A stretch of 35,127 nucleotides of DNA, from positions 1 through 35,127 of IMG/VR virus record IMGVR_UViG_3300025018_000339, one strand, 5' to 3'. Under the pieces are notes generated by a model that saw only the letters and a program-made list of their open reading frames with translations, was not told where the DNA came from and ran no database searches. The position numbers were made by a program, and so were the translations under genes. This DNA is from a virus (taxonomy: Duplodnaviria; Caudoviricetes). Of the stretch, positions 1 to 7,827 are shown piece by piece. Positions within the stretch are counted from its first letter, which is position 1, and each line of letters opens with the position of its first letter.

Positions 1-29
1 TTGACGATGTATCGGGGGATACGGGCGCA

Positions 30-245
30 TTGATGGAAATAGAAAAGCTATGTGATGAAGCCCTCATCCCGCCCTATAACGATAATGGGGAAAATATGTC
101 CCAAAAAGCACCTATTTATCGGGACATCCCGTCCGGTAACAAAGACCCCCGAAGCGACGAAATAAACCCGAACGGGAAGCAGGTATCGCATGAAATAGAC
201 CCAACTTCCGCGCATTACGGAAGTCTAAACGAATGGCCCTCATAA
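30..245 (+). CDS. hypothetical protein
   Basis: 71-aa ORF overlapping an upstream stop; the next gene's RBS follows its stop directly; start uncertain. Confidence 0.5.
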   Translation: MMEIEKLCDEALIPPYNDNGENMSQKAPIYRDIPSGNKDPRSDEINPNGKQVSHEIDPTSAHYGSLNEWPS

Positions 246-255
246 GGAGACAACA

Positions 256-429
256 ATGACAAACGATGATTCTGTACGATGGTGTGAATATTACAGTCAG
301 GCAATTTCTGATGGTAACGAGGAAGTTGTAGCATCAGAGATAGCTGACCAAAAACTTGAAGGCTGGAAGCGTATGTGCAAGGAATGCGCTATGGAAGACC
401 AGGAAGACGACAGACGGCGCGGAATATAA
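256..429 (+). CDS. small hypothetical protein (57 aa, not in ORF track)
   Basis: AAGGAG RBS, ATG at 256, MTNDDSVRWCEYY...CKEC...RRRGI*; fills the gap before ssb. Confidence 0.7.
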   Translation: MTNDDSVRWCEYYSQAISDGNEEVVASEIADQKLEGWKRMCKECAMEDQEDDRRRGI

Positions 430-440
430 GGAGACAAAAA

Positions 441-851
441 ATGAAAGACATAAACAGCGTTATTTTAGTAGGACGTCTCACCAGAGACGCAGAACTTAAG
501 TATCTTAACACGGGTACGGCAATCTGTACCTTTTCAATCGCCGTCAACCGGAGCGTAAAGAAGGGCGACAAGTGGGAGGATGAAGCGTCCTTTTTCGACA
601 TTACCCTCTTCGGCAAGCAAGGGGAGGTTGTCACACAATACTTAACCAAGGGCCAGCAAATCGCCGTCTCCGGAGAGCTTCGTCAGGACCGTTGGGAGAA
701 AGACGGGCAGAAGCATAGCCGGGTGGTTATCGTCGCCGACAGTGTGCAGCTATTGGGCGGGAAACGTCAGGACGGGAATAAAGCGGCACCGCGGGCGGAA
801 AGTGAGCCGCTTCACCCGGAGCCGTTTGAGGACGATCCGATACCCTTTTAG
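441..851 (+). CDS. ssb: single-stranded DNA-binding protein
   Basis: INSVILVGRLTRDAELKY...IAVSGELRQDRWE OB-fold motifs and acidic DDPIPF tail; AAGGAG RBS before ATG 441. Confidence 0.97.
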   Translation: MKDINSVILVGRLTRDAELKYLNTGTAICTFSIAVNRSVKKGDKWEDEASFFDITLFGKQGEVVTQYLTKGQQIAVSGELRQDRWEKDGQKHSRVVIVADSVQLLGGKRQDGNKAAPRAESEPLHPEPFEDDPIPF

Positions 852-853
852 GC

Positions 854-882
854 TTGCAAAATAATGAAATCCATGCTATATT
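854..882 (+). promoter_or_regulatory. sigma70-type promoter for the helicase-MTase-replication operon
   Basis: TTGCAA-17 nt-TATATT with extended TG; flanked by the inverted repeat TAGGCTT...AAGCCTA. Confidence 0.75.
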
Positions 883-892
883 TTAAGCCTAA

Positions 893-1001
893 TGTTTGGT
901 ATCCGAGACTGACCCCTTGGATATAACAAGTAAGGCCGTCTATGCAGTCGGGGGGAGTCGAAAGACTCCGGGTCAGCCCCGGCGGTGTAGGCGGCTTTTT
1001 T
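893..1001 (+). ncRNA. structured leader RNA / attenuator (c4/CI-like architecture) ending in an intrinsic terminator
   Basis: Hairpin 899-924 with CTGACCC in its loop; about 22-bp stem 932-953/977-998 carrying a GGAGTC-GAAA-GACTCC arm and a GGGTCAG bulge, followed by T6. Confidence 0.7.
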
Positions 1002-1013
1002 ATTGGAGGTAAG

Positions 1014-2393
1014 ATGTCCTCTTACTATGACTTTTTGGCATCGAAACGGCAGCTCGGAGGGGACCATGGTTTTGACCCGGTATTTGTCCCTGACTGGTTA
1101 TTCCCGTTTCAAAGAGACCTGGTACAATGGGCGACGAAAAAAGGCAGGGCGGCGATATTCGCCGATACCGGCCTTGGTAAAACTCCGATGCAATTAGTAT
1201 GGGCTGAAAACGTAGTCAGGCATACGAATAAGCCGGTATTGATTTTGACCCCTCTTGCGGTATCGGCTCAAACATTGCGCGAAGCGGAGAAGTTCGGAAT
1301 CCCGGCATATCGGTCCCGAGAAGGCGAGATAGACCACGGGGCGGCAATTTATGTATCGAATTACGAAAGGCTTCACTACTTCGATAGGGAATTGTTCTCC
1401 GGGGTTGTATGCGATGAATCGTCAATACTGAAAAACTTTCGAGGCTCAACGAAACAAGCAGTTACGCAATTTATGCGGAAACTACCCTACAGATTATTAG
1501 CGACGGCGACGGCATCCCCGAATGATTTTATCGAGCTTGGTACATCGAGCGAGGCTCTTGGATACATGGGGTTTGTCGATATGCTTGGCAAGTTTTTTAA
1601 GAACATGCAGAACACTTCATCCTATGGCGGTGGCGGAAGGACTTACGGAAAATTAAAACAATGGCGTTTCAAGGGACACGCGGAAGAGCATTTCTGGCGG
1701 TGGGTTGTTTCATGGGCGCGGGCTATTCGGAGGCCGTCAGATATTGGGTACAGCGACGAAGGGTATATCCTCCCGCCGCTGAAAGAGCGGGAACATATTA
1801 TAAAGGCTACTAATCCGCGATCCGGGGAGTTATTCGATATCCCGGCTTTTACCTTACAAGAGCAGAGGGAAGAGCGGAGGATAACATTAAAACATCGATG
1901 CGAACTCGCCGCAGAGTTATTGACTCATGATAAACCGGTTGTAGCATGGGCGCATCTTAACGACGAGGGCGACCTATTGGAAAAACTCATACCTGGAGCG
2001 CGGCAGGTTAAAGGCAATCAATCGGACGATGAAAAAGAAGAAATCCTAAAAGGTTTTAGCGCGGGAGAGTTTAGGGCTTTGGTTACTAAACCAAAAATTA
2101 CCGGCTTCGGGTTGAATTGGCAACACGCGCATCACATGTCTTTTTTCCCATCTCATTCATTCGAACAGTATTATCAGGGCGTCCGTCGAATGTACCGATT
2201 CGGTCAGACTCAATCCGTACTCGTGGACGTTGTTACAAGCGAAGGCGAGCGGGGGGTCATGGCGAACCTGCAAAGGAAAGCTGTCCAGGCGGATAGGATG
2301 TTTTCTGAATTGGTTAGGCTCATGCAAAACGAACTAAATATTGAAAAACAAAACGATCATATCAAAACTACGGAGGTCCCGAAATGGCTGTAA
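1014..2393 (+). CDS. SNF2/SF2-family helicase
   Basis: FADTGLGKT Walker A, CDESS Walker B, TATASPN, GFGLNWQ, QGVRRMYRFGQ motif VI; GGAGGT RBS before ATG 1014. Confidence 0.92.
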   Translation: MSSYYDFLASKRQLGGDHGFDPVFVPDWLFPFQRDLVQWATKKGRAAIFADTGLGKTPMQLVWAENVVRHTNKPVLILTPLAVSAQTLREAEKFGIPAYRSREGEIDHGAAIYVSNYERLHYFDRELFSGVVCDESSILKNFRGSTKQAVTQFMRKLPYRLLATATASPNDFIELGTSSEALGYMGFVDMLGKFFKNMQNTSSYGGGGRTYGKLKQWRFKGHAEEHFWRWVVSWARAIRRPSDIGYSDEGYILPPLKEREHIIKATNPRSGELFDIPAFTLQEQREERRITLKHRCELAAELLTHDKPVVAWAHLNDEGDLLEKLIPGARQVKGNQSDDEKEEILKGFSAGEFRALVTKPKITGFGLNWQHAHHMSFFPSHSFEQYYQGVRRMYRFGQTQSVLVDVVTSEGERGVMANLQRKAVQADRMFSELVRLMQNELNIEKQNDHIKTTEVPKWL

Positions 2394-3361
2394 AAGAACA
2401 GGTTATTACCGACAAATACGCAATCTATCACGCTGACTGTATGGAGGTTATGAAAGACCTTCCCGCCGATAAAATCGGGCTGTCAATTTATTCTCCGCCG
2501 TTCGGAGGGTTATACAATTATTCGAGCGACGAAAGAGATTTGTCTAATTGCGATAATTACGACGAGTTCTTTGTGCAATACGAGTTTATTGTCAGGGAGC
2601 TTCACCGAATTACCATGCCGGGGAGGATATCCGCTGTTCATTGTATGGACGTTCCGAGAAGTAACTCCGGGAAGGGCGACGGGTATATAGATTTTCCTGG
2701 GGACATTATCCGTATGCACGAAAGAATCGGGTTCGACTTTCGTGGGCGGCGGGCGATATGGAAAGAGCCTTTAGCGGTGAGACTTAGGACCATGCAAAAG
2801 AATCTTGCACATCAAACAATAGTTGAAGATGCGGCGGCGTCCGGTGTTGCGGCTGCTGATTATGTTTTAACCTTCGCAAAGCATGGGGAAAACAAGGTCC
2901 CGGTAACATATCCAGGCGGCCTTGAATATTACGCCGGGGAAAGGTCTATGCCGGAAGAGCTTTTAAGATATAAAGGGTGGACCGGGAAGCAGACAGAAAA
3001 TAGGTTTTCTCATTGGATCTGGAGACAATACGCATCGAGCGTATGGGATGATATCCGGCTAAACCATGTTTTACCATTCCAGGATTCACGGGATGAGGAC
3101 GACGAAAGGCATGTCCATCCTTTACAACTCGACGTAATCGAAAGGCTGGTACAGCTTTACAGTAATCCTAATGAAATAGTATTCACCCCATTTATGGGCG
3201 TCGGGTCCGAGGTATACGGATCAATTTTAAACGGGCGGCGTGGTATCGGCGCGGAGTTAAAAGCATCGTATTTCAAGCAGGCTAAACTCAATCTTGCGGA
3301 GGTAAAGCGGGATTCCGTTGCGCCAGAATTGCCCTTCGATTCATCGGAGGGAATTATATAA
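2384..3361 (+). CDS. DNA methyltransferase, N4-C/N6-A family (beta arrangement)
   Basis: Catalytic SPPF near the N-terminus, HVHPLQ, SAM-binding TPFMGVGSE near the C-terminus. Confidence 0.92.
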   Translation: MAVKEQVITDKYAIYHADCMEVMKDLPADKIGLSIYSPPFGGLYNYSSDERDLSNCDNYDEFFVQYEFIVRELHRITMPGRISAVHCMDVPRSNSGKGDGYIDFPGDIIRMHERIGFDFRGRRAIWKEPLAVRLRTMQKNLAHQTIVEDAAASGVAAADYVLTFAKHGENKVPVTYPGGLEYYAGERSMPEELLRYKGWTGKQTENRFSHWIWRQYASSVWDDIRLNHVLPFQDSRDEDDERHVHPLQLDVIERLVQLYSNPNEIVFTPFMGVGSEVYGSILNGRRGIGAELKASYFKQAKLNLAEVKRDSVAPELPFDSSEGII

Positions 3362-3362
3362 A

Positions 3363-3404
3363 ATGGCAGAGCGTAGAATGTTTAACAGGGATGGTATAAT
3401 GTGA
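3363..3404 (+). pseudogene. 13-aa remnant of a replisome-organizer-type gene, now a coupling mini-ORF
   Basis: GGAGG RBS, MAERRMFNRDGIM*; MAERRMF is the typical N-terminus of phage replisome organizers; its TGA overlaps the GTG of the next gene. Confidence 0.6.
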
Positions 3405-4153
3405 ATTGGTACAAGCATGATACAGACGCGACGCAAGACGCGAAGGTGAAGAAGCTTTTAATCAAGCATGGTGCTATCGGGTATGCTATTTACTTCCACT
3501 GCCTTGAACTTATCGCTGCCGAGATATCGGAATCTAACTTGACCTTCCAGCTTGAACACGATTCTGAAATCATCGCCGACAATCTTAAAATCAGTGGAAC
3601 AGCTGATAAATCCGGCATTGCCATTGTTGAGGATATCATGCGGGACATTATCGAACTTGGATTATTCCAAGAATCTAATGGCCGGATATTCTGTTTTAAG
3701 CTGCTGAAAAGGCTTGATTTGTCCATGACTTCGAACCCGAAATTTCGTCAAATGATTACCGAATCCAAGGAAAATCATGATGCAGTCATGATACCATCAT
3801 GCTATCATCATGAGAGCAAGCAAGCAAGCAAGCAAGCAAGCAAACAAACAAGAATAGATACATTGTCGGGTGAAGACACGCCGACTGCACAAAAGCATTC
3901 AGCTCATACCGAAGAATGCAAGAGGGTAATAGACTACTTGAATAAAGAGTCTGGCAAACACTTCAGATATACAAAATCTAACTTTAGGAACATAGAAGCC
4001 AGATTCAAAGAGGGCTTTACCTTTGATGACTTCCGACTGGTTATCGACTATAAATCAAACACCTGGGGTAACGATCCGAAGATGAGCGAGTATGTCAGGC
4101 CCTCTACCCTATTCGGCACAAAGTTTGAGAGCTACAGGGAGGAAATACGATGA
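3401..4153 (+). CDS. phage replication initiator (DUF4373/Lin1244-like N-term, Phg_2220_C-like C-term)
   Basis: WYKHDTDATQDAKVKKL...GYAIYF N-term; VIDYLN...ARFKEGFT...YVRPSTLFGTKFESY C-term; internal iterons. Confidence 0.85.
   Translation: MNWYKHDTDATQDAKVKKLLIKHGAIGYAIYFHCLELIAAEISESNLTFQLEHDSEIIADNLKISGTADKSGIAIVEDIMRDIIELGLFQESNGRIFCFKLLKRLDLSMTSNPKFRQMITESKENHDAVMIPSCYHHESKQASKQASKQTRIDTLSGEDTPTAQKHSAHTEECKRVIDYLNKESGKHFRYTKSNFRNIEARFKEGFTFDDFRLVIDYKSNTWGNDPKMSEYVRPSTLFGTKFESYREEIR
3774..3851 (+). repeat. putative replication origin: 4 x 11-bp iterons plus (GCAA)7 tract
   Basis: ATCATGATGCA/GTCATGATACC/ATCATGCTATC/ATCATGAGAGC at 3774-3817; GCAA x7 at 3816-3843, then ACAA x2. Confidence 0.8.
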
Positions 4154-4674
4154 CGCACTTAGAAGGTACTCCTGCGTGGATCCAGGTGTTAGGAAACGTA
4201 TCATGTGGTGCTGTAGTCGGCAGCGTGAAAATGGGCGAGATTATGAAAGACACGATGGACAAGTACATCCACTTTGAGCTGCTTACCGAGGCGACCCTGC
4301 TTGAACGCGACGTGAACGGCGGGGAGTGTATGCGGTGCGGAAAGCCGTACAAAAGAATCGAGGTTAAGACCCCGTATATCGAGTTTCATTATTTCGAGCC
4401 TTCATGTTCCTGTTATCCCAGGTGTCCCTGGTGCGGGAGGGTCTTACATCACGAGACGGAGACTGGAATGAAGCATTGCTCAAATTGCCCTTCGGCCATG
4501 TGTACCGAGTGGTCAACTAAGACCGAGTGGAACAACGACGAGAAGAAGAAGGTTGAGAAACGGCATCGGTGTAAGGGGCTCATGGAGTTAAGCGGCAGGA
4601 CGTGGCGATGTTCAGAGTGTGGTTCAGAGAAGGGAACATCTGAAATCGGCAGCAAAAAGGAGTGGAATAAGTGA
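4150..4674 (+). CDS. multi-zinc-finger hypothetical protein
   Basis: CMRC, CSC, CPWC, CSNC, CSEC motifs; ATGA overlap with the initiator gene; start uncertain. Confidence 0.75.
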   Translation: MTHLEGTPAWIQVLGNVSCGAVVGSVKMGEIMKDTMDKYIHFELLTEATLLERDVNGGECMRCGKPYKRIEVKTPYIEFHYFEPSCSCYPRCPWCGRVLHHETETGMKHCSNCPSAMCTEWSTKTEWNNDEKKKVEKRHRCKGLMELSGRTWRCSECGSEKGTSEIGSKKEWNK

Positions 4675-4919
4675 ACCCGCACGACCGTGACGAACGAGGA
4701 ACGCGAAACATGAGGCTTGTTCTCGACTGCTTACAAGAACATAGCGAAGGAAGGACGCAGGCGGAATTGTCTCAGGCTACAGGGCTGAAAACGAGTGCTG
4801 TCAGAAATGCCATAAACGACCTTTCAAGCATATACCCGATAGGTGAGGAAGAATACGCGAAGTGTGGAGAGATAACCATGCTGAATTATTTCCTTCTCGA
4901 CAGACATTCCCTCGTATAG
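4671..4919 (+). CDS. winged HTH DNA-binding protein
   Basis: RTQAELSQATGLKTSAVRNAINDL HTH pattern; GTGA overlap. Confidence 0.75.
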   Translation: MNPHDRDERGTRNMRLVLDCLQEHSEGRTQAELSQATGLKTSAVRNAINDLSSIYPIGEEEYAKCGEITMLNYFLLDRHSLV

Positions 4920-4936
4920 CTTTTTGAATGAAGGTA

Positions 4937-4945
4937 TGGTAAAAT
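4937..4945 (+). promoter_or_regulatory. candidate extended -10 promoter for the ncRNA/glf unit
   Basis: TGGTAAAAT at the start of a long non-coding region. Confidence 0.4.
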
Positions 4946-5177
4946 AACGCTGTGAACAAAAGGCATACAGGTGTTGACAAGTGTGGTGGTTTCTTTCCCT
5001 CTCGTATGAGGGGGCTAAATTGTGGTTTAGGCCACAGCCTATATGTAACATCCTCCGTATGGAAGATGTATCACGCTACCCGCACAGCATAGGCGCGGGA
5101 TTCGGCGAGCAGGAGCTTCGTCCTTCGGATTTACCGCAACGCCTACTTTCGGAGTTGTCACCGGGAGTAGGCAACTT

Positions 5178-5267
5178 GGGGCCGTGATGTAACCGGGAAT
5201 GAATACCGGCACGGGTAGCACGGTCAGCCAGACTGACTATGTGTAGGTTCGAATCCTACCGGCTCCA
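5178..5267 (+). tRNA. aberrant tRNA-like RNA with Ala identity (G3:U70, A73), expanded D-loop and non-canonical anticodon loop
   Basis: Acceptor GGGGCCG/CGGCTCC-A; T-arm GTAGG-TTCGAAT-CCTAC; anticodon stem GTCAG/CTGAC with 5-nt loop CCAGA; about 19-nt insert in the D-loop; no encoded CCA. Confidence 0.75.
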
Positions 5268-5275
5268 ATTTGAAA

Positions 5276-5291
5276 GTTCATGCGCATGAAC
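5276..5291. repeat. perfect 16-bp palindrome abutting the glf RBS
   Basis: GTTCATGCGCATGAAC followed immediately by GGAGG. Confidence 0.7.
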
Positions 5292-5301
5292 GGAGGTGTT
5301 T

Positions 5302-6243
5302 ATGATTCACATAGTCGGTGCAGGCTTGACGGGTTCGACTCTTGCAAGGCTCTACGCTGATGCAGGGGAAAAGGTCACGGTGTACGAGAAGGCCAAAGAG
5401 GTTGGAGGATTATGCCGAGACTTTGAAATGGGCGGTACGTTCATCCCGTGTTTCGGTCCCCACTTCTTTCACACGAATGACGAAGAGGTTGTCGATTATA
5501 TCAGCACCTTCGAATGCTTGTATTGGCACGAACATCGTGTGCTTGCCAAAGTAGGGGAAGAGTATTATGAGTTCCCTCCTAACAAGACTACGAGGGAAAG
5601 ACTGTATGTCTATCGGCCCGAATACGAATGTGACAACAAATATCTTTACGAGACATTTTATGAGAACTACACGATCAAGCAATGGGGAATACATCCGAAG
5701 TACATTGACCCTTCGGTAATAGCAAGAACCAAGGTACGAGAAGGAACCGACGACCGCTATTTTACAGACAGGTTCCAAGCTATCCCAAAAGTTGGATACA
5801 CCCGCATGATAAAAAGAATGCTTGATCACGAGAACATCACCCTCAAGACCTCCACCAAGGTTGACAAACCCAAGGAAGGCTGGATATGGACAGGCCGTAT
5901 TGACAAGGCAGTAGATACCGAGCCTCTCGACTGGCGGTGCCTGAAGTTCAAAGGAGTGACCAAAACTCTCCCCGCGAAGGTAGTCAACTACCCCGGCCCG
6001 GAACCGTATACCAGGGAACACCAGGTGACAAGCGACATGGTGATTCGGGAGTATCCCGGCTGGTCAGGGAAGAAGTGCTATCCTATGCCGACCGAGGCGA
6101 ACAGGCTACGGGCAGAAGAGCTGAAAGAAGAGGCGAAGCGGAAAGGCATCATACTCGCCGGGAGAATGGGGACCTATTCCTATCTGAATATGGATCAGGC
6201 CATTAGGAAAGCGATGGACTTATTTAAGGAGTTGACGAAATGA
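5302..6243 (+). CDS. glf: UDP-galactopyranose mutase (compact form)
   Basis: IVGAGLTG FAD motif, GPHFFHTND, YFTDRFQAIPKVGYT, REYP, YPMP, GRMGTYSYLNMDQAI. Confidence 0.92.
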   Translation: MIHIVGAGLTGSTLARLYADAGEKVTVYEKAKEVGGLCRDFEMGGTFIPCFGPHFFHTNDEEVVDYISTFECLYWHEHRVLAKVGEEYYEFPPNKTTRERLYVYRPEYECDNKYLYETFYENYTIKQWGIHPKYIDPSVIARTKVREGTDDRYFTDRFQAIPKVGYTRMIKRMLDHENITLKTSTKVDKPKEGWIWTGRIDKAVDTEPLDWRCLKFKGVTKTLPAKVVNYPGPEPYTREHQVTSDMVIREYPGWSGKKCYPMPTEANRLRAEELKEEAKRKGIILAGRMGTYSYLNMDQAIRKAMDLFKELTK

Positions 6244-6566
6244 AAAAAGATGAATGTTGGGCAAAGAAAGGGAAGCTGTTGTGTTTGGACTGTGGGGAAT
6301 ATTCAGACTACAGCGTAGAAGGATTCTTTGTCGTACTCGAAGATTTCAACCCATTTGATAAACTCGACGAATATCTAAAAGAAAAACCGGGCCAAGCAAC
6401 ACGGTATGAGTTTGAATATCGAGAATACCTTGCACGGTTAATAGCCGATGGGCTGCTTTTGGAAATTGATTATGGGACTTTGTACCTTGGCTCATATTCA
6501 ACTTGCGATAATATGTCTTTCAGGGCAGGCCCGGACTCGGATATATACGCGGCTTACGAACAATGA
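6240..6566 (+). CDS. hypothetical acidic protein
   Basis: ATGA-coupled on both sides; AAGGAG RBS. Confidence 0.75.
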   Translation: MKKDECWAKKGKLLCLDCGEYSDYSVEGFFVVLEDFNPFDKLDEYLKEKPGQATRYEFEYREYLARLIADGLLLEIDYGTLYLGSYSTCDNMSFRAGPDSDIYAAYEQ

Positions 6567-7234
6567 AACTAATCGTTGTATTACCCGGTGGAATCTATTC
6601 AATGGGTTTCTTCGCTTCGTGGACTAAGCTTGTGAGGGATATATCAAACGGCATCCCGCAAGCAGGAATAGACCAGGTTGCCTTCGTAAACGTCTATTCT
6701 CCTGTCGTCTACCAGGGTAGAAACTCCATGTTGCTTGCAGGGCAGAAGCCGACAAAGGACGCGCAGCCCTTCAACGGTGATTATGATTATATCCTGTGGC
6801 TTGAGACCGACATGGTATTCGAGCCTTCCGACGTACTCAAACTATTTGATGCGGACGTTGAGAGCATATCAGCCCTATACTCAATGGGCGCGAAAGTTCC
6901 TAACATCGCCGTAGCCGGATGGTGGAACGCGAGGGGCGAACAACAGAGACTTAACATCCCGGCTGTCCTTGCCACAGAGGGGAGCTTCATGAAGGTTGAC
7001 TTCCACGGCTTGGGCTTCCTTCTCCAAAAGAAAGGTGTCCTTGAAAGGATTGGTTATCCCTGGTTCAACGAGCTGTACGAGCTCCGTGGAGAGGAATACG
7101 AGTATCTTGGAGACGACTTTTCCATGTGTAAACAGCTTAAAGAGAGGGGCGTAGACTTGTACGTTCACACAAAGGTTGCCGTCGGGCATGAGAAAACAAT
7201 GGTTGCGAGGGGAGGGGAGAAATGGAACTTCTAA
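6563..7234 (+). CDS. GT-A fold (GT2-like) glycosyltransferase
   Basis: GRN, DYDYILWLETDMVF (DxD-like), GLGFLL.KKGVLE, PWF, GDDFSMC, VGHEK. Confidence 0.8.
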   Translation: MKLIVVLPGGIYSMGFFASWTKLVRDISNGIPQAGIDQVAFVNVYSPVVYQGRNSMLLAGQKPTKDAQPFNGDYDYILWLETDMVFEPSDVLKLFDADVESISALYSMGAKVPNIAVAGWWNARGEQQRLNIPAVLATEGSFMKVDFHGLGFLLQKKGVLERIGYPWFNELYELRGEEYEYLGDDFSMCKQLKERGVDLYVHTKVAVGHEKTMVARGGEKWNF

Positions 7235-7416
7235 CAGTTAAAGAAGCAGCTGAGATTCTCAAAGTAAGCCAGCTGACAATTACCCGCAGACTGAAAACAA
7301 ACGAAATAGCCCATGTTAAAATAGGGAGGGCGGTAAGAATCGACATCGAAGAACTTAAAGCGTGGATTGCAGAACAGACAGTAGGGCAGATTAGAGTTAA
7401 AGAGGCCAACGGTTGA
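7222..7416 (+). CDS. excisionase-like HTH_17 DNA-binding protein
   Basis: LLTVKEAAEILKVS..TITR...HVKIGRAVRI...L.AWI. Confidence 0.88.
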   Translation: MELLTVKEAAEILKVSQLTITRRLKTNEIAHVKIGRAVRIDIEELKAWIAEQTVGQIRVKEANG

Positions 7417-7628
7417 CCGGTGAAGAGTTCCTATCCCTCTGGAACTGCACAGATCTTCGGCAGTTCATTGTGGATGAGGCGAAGAGGACAGGAAAGACCG
7501 AGGACATAAGGTGTAATATGATTGCCTCGATGTGGATTGCCATAGCTGAAAGCCCCGCCGATCTGGACACAGAGGCATACAAGGCCCTTTGCCATAATTG
7601 CATTCACTTCCGGGAACACAAGAGATGA
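7413..7628 (+). CDS. hypothetical protein, weakly like sigma region 2
   Basis: TTG start overlapping the upstream stop; coupled to the next mini-ORF. Confidence 0.6.
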   Translation: MTGEEFLSLWNCTDLRQFIVDEAKRTGKTEDIRCNMIASMWIAIAESPADLDTEAYKALCHNCIHFREHKR

Positions 7629-7714
7629 GAACTGAAACAATTGGCGATGCGACGCTTTATCTTGGGGATTGTGTGGAACTAAGCTATGCAGAAGAAACGC
7701 TTGACAACATATGA
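7625..7714 (+). pseudogene. N-terminal remnant of a DNA methyltransferase
   Basis: MRTETIGDATLYLGDCVEL matches the typical start of N6/N4 MTases; ends after 29 aa, before any catalytic motif. Confidence 0.7.
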
Positions 7715-7782
7715 TATAATATACTTAGAGACAAGAGTAACCATTCAGCGGATGGCGAATAGAACGGCTCCCTTCGGGGAGC
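7701..7782 (+). promoter_or_regulatory. putative late promoter and leader hairpins
   Basis: TGATATAAT extended -10 (7712-7720), TTGACA at 7701; hairpins CCATTC/GGATGG and GCTCCC-TTCG-GGGAGC before terS. Confidence 0.5.
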
Positions 7783-7827
7783 TTATTGAATACTGGAGCG
7801 ATATTTTAGCACTATCATAAAGGGAAC

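Noticed and set aside
942-1013. Longer N-termini in the ORF track for helicase (942), SSB (375), ParB-like (32654) and large ejection protein (22466)
   Set aside because: Downstream starts have clear SD sequences; the extensions overlap RNA structure or upstream genes
4974-4979. TTGACA as a -35 box
   Set aside because: No plausible -10 element 16-18 nt downstream
4981-5187. 68-aa ORF in the ncRNA region
   Set aside because: No RBS, atypical composition, overlaps hairpins and the tRNA-like element
5178-5267. tmRNA (GGGGC.../...CTCCA termini with G3:U70)
   Set aside because: Only 90 nt between the acceptor strands, no tag reading frame or pseudoknots, a D-stem is present, and the order does not match a permuted gene
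7222-7416. Integration module implied by the excisionase-like gene
   Set aside because: No integrase or att core nearby; HTH_17 proteins often act as regulators
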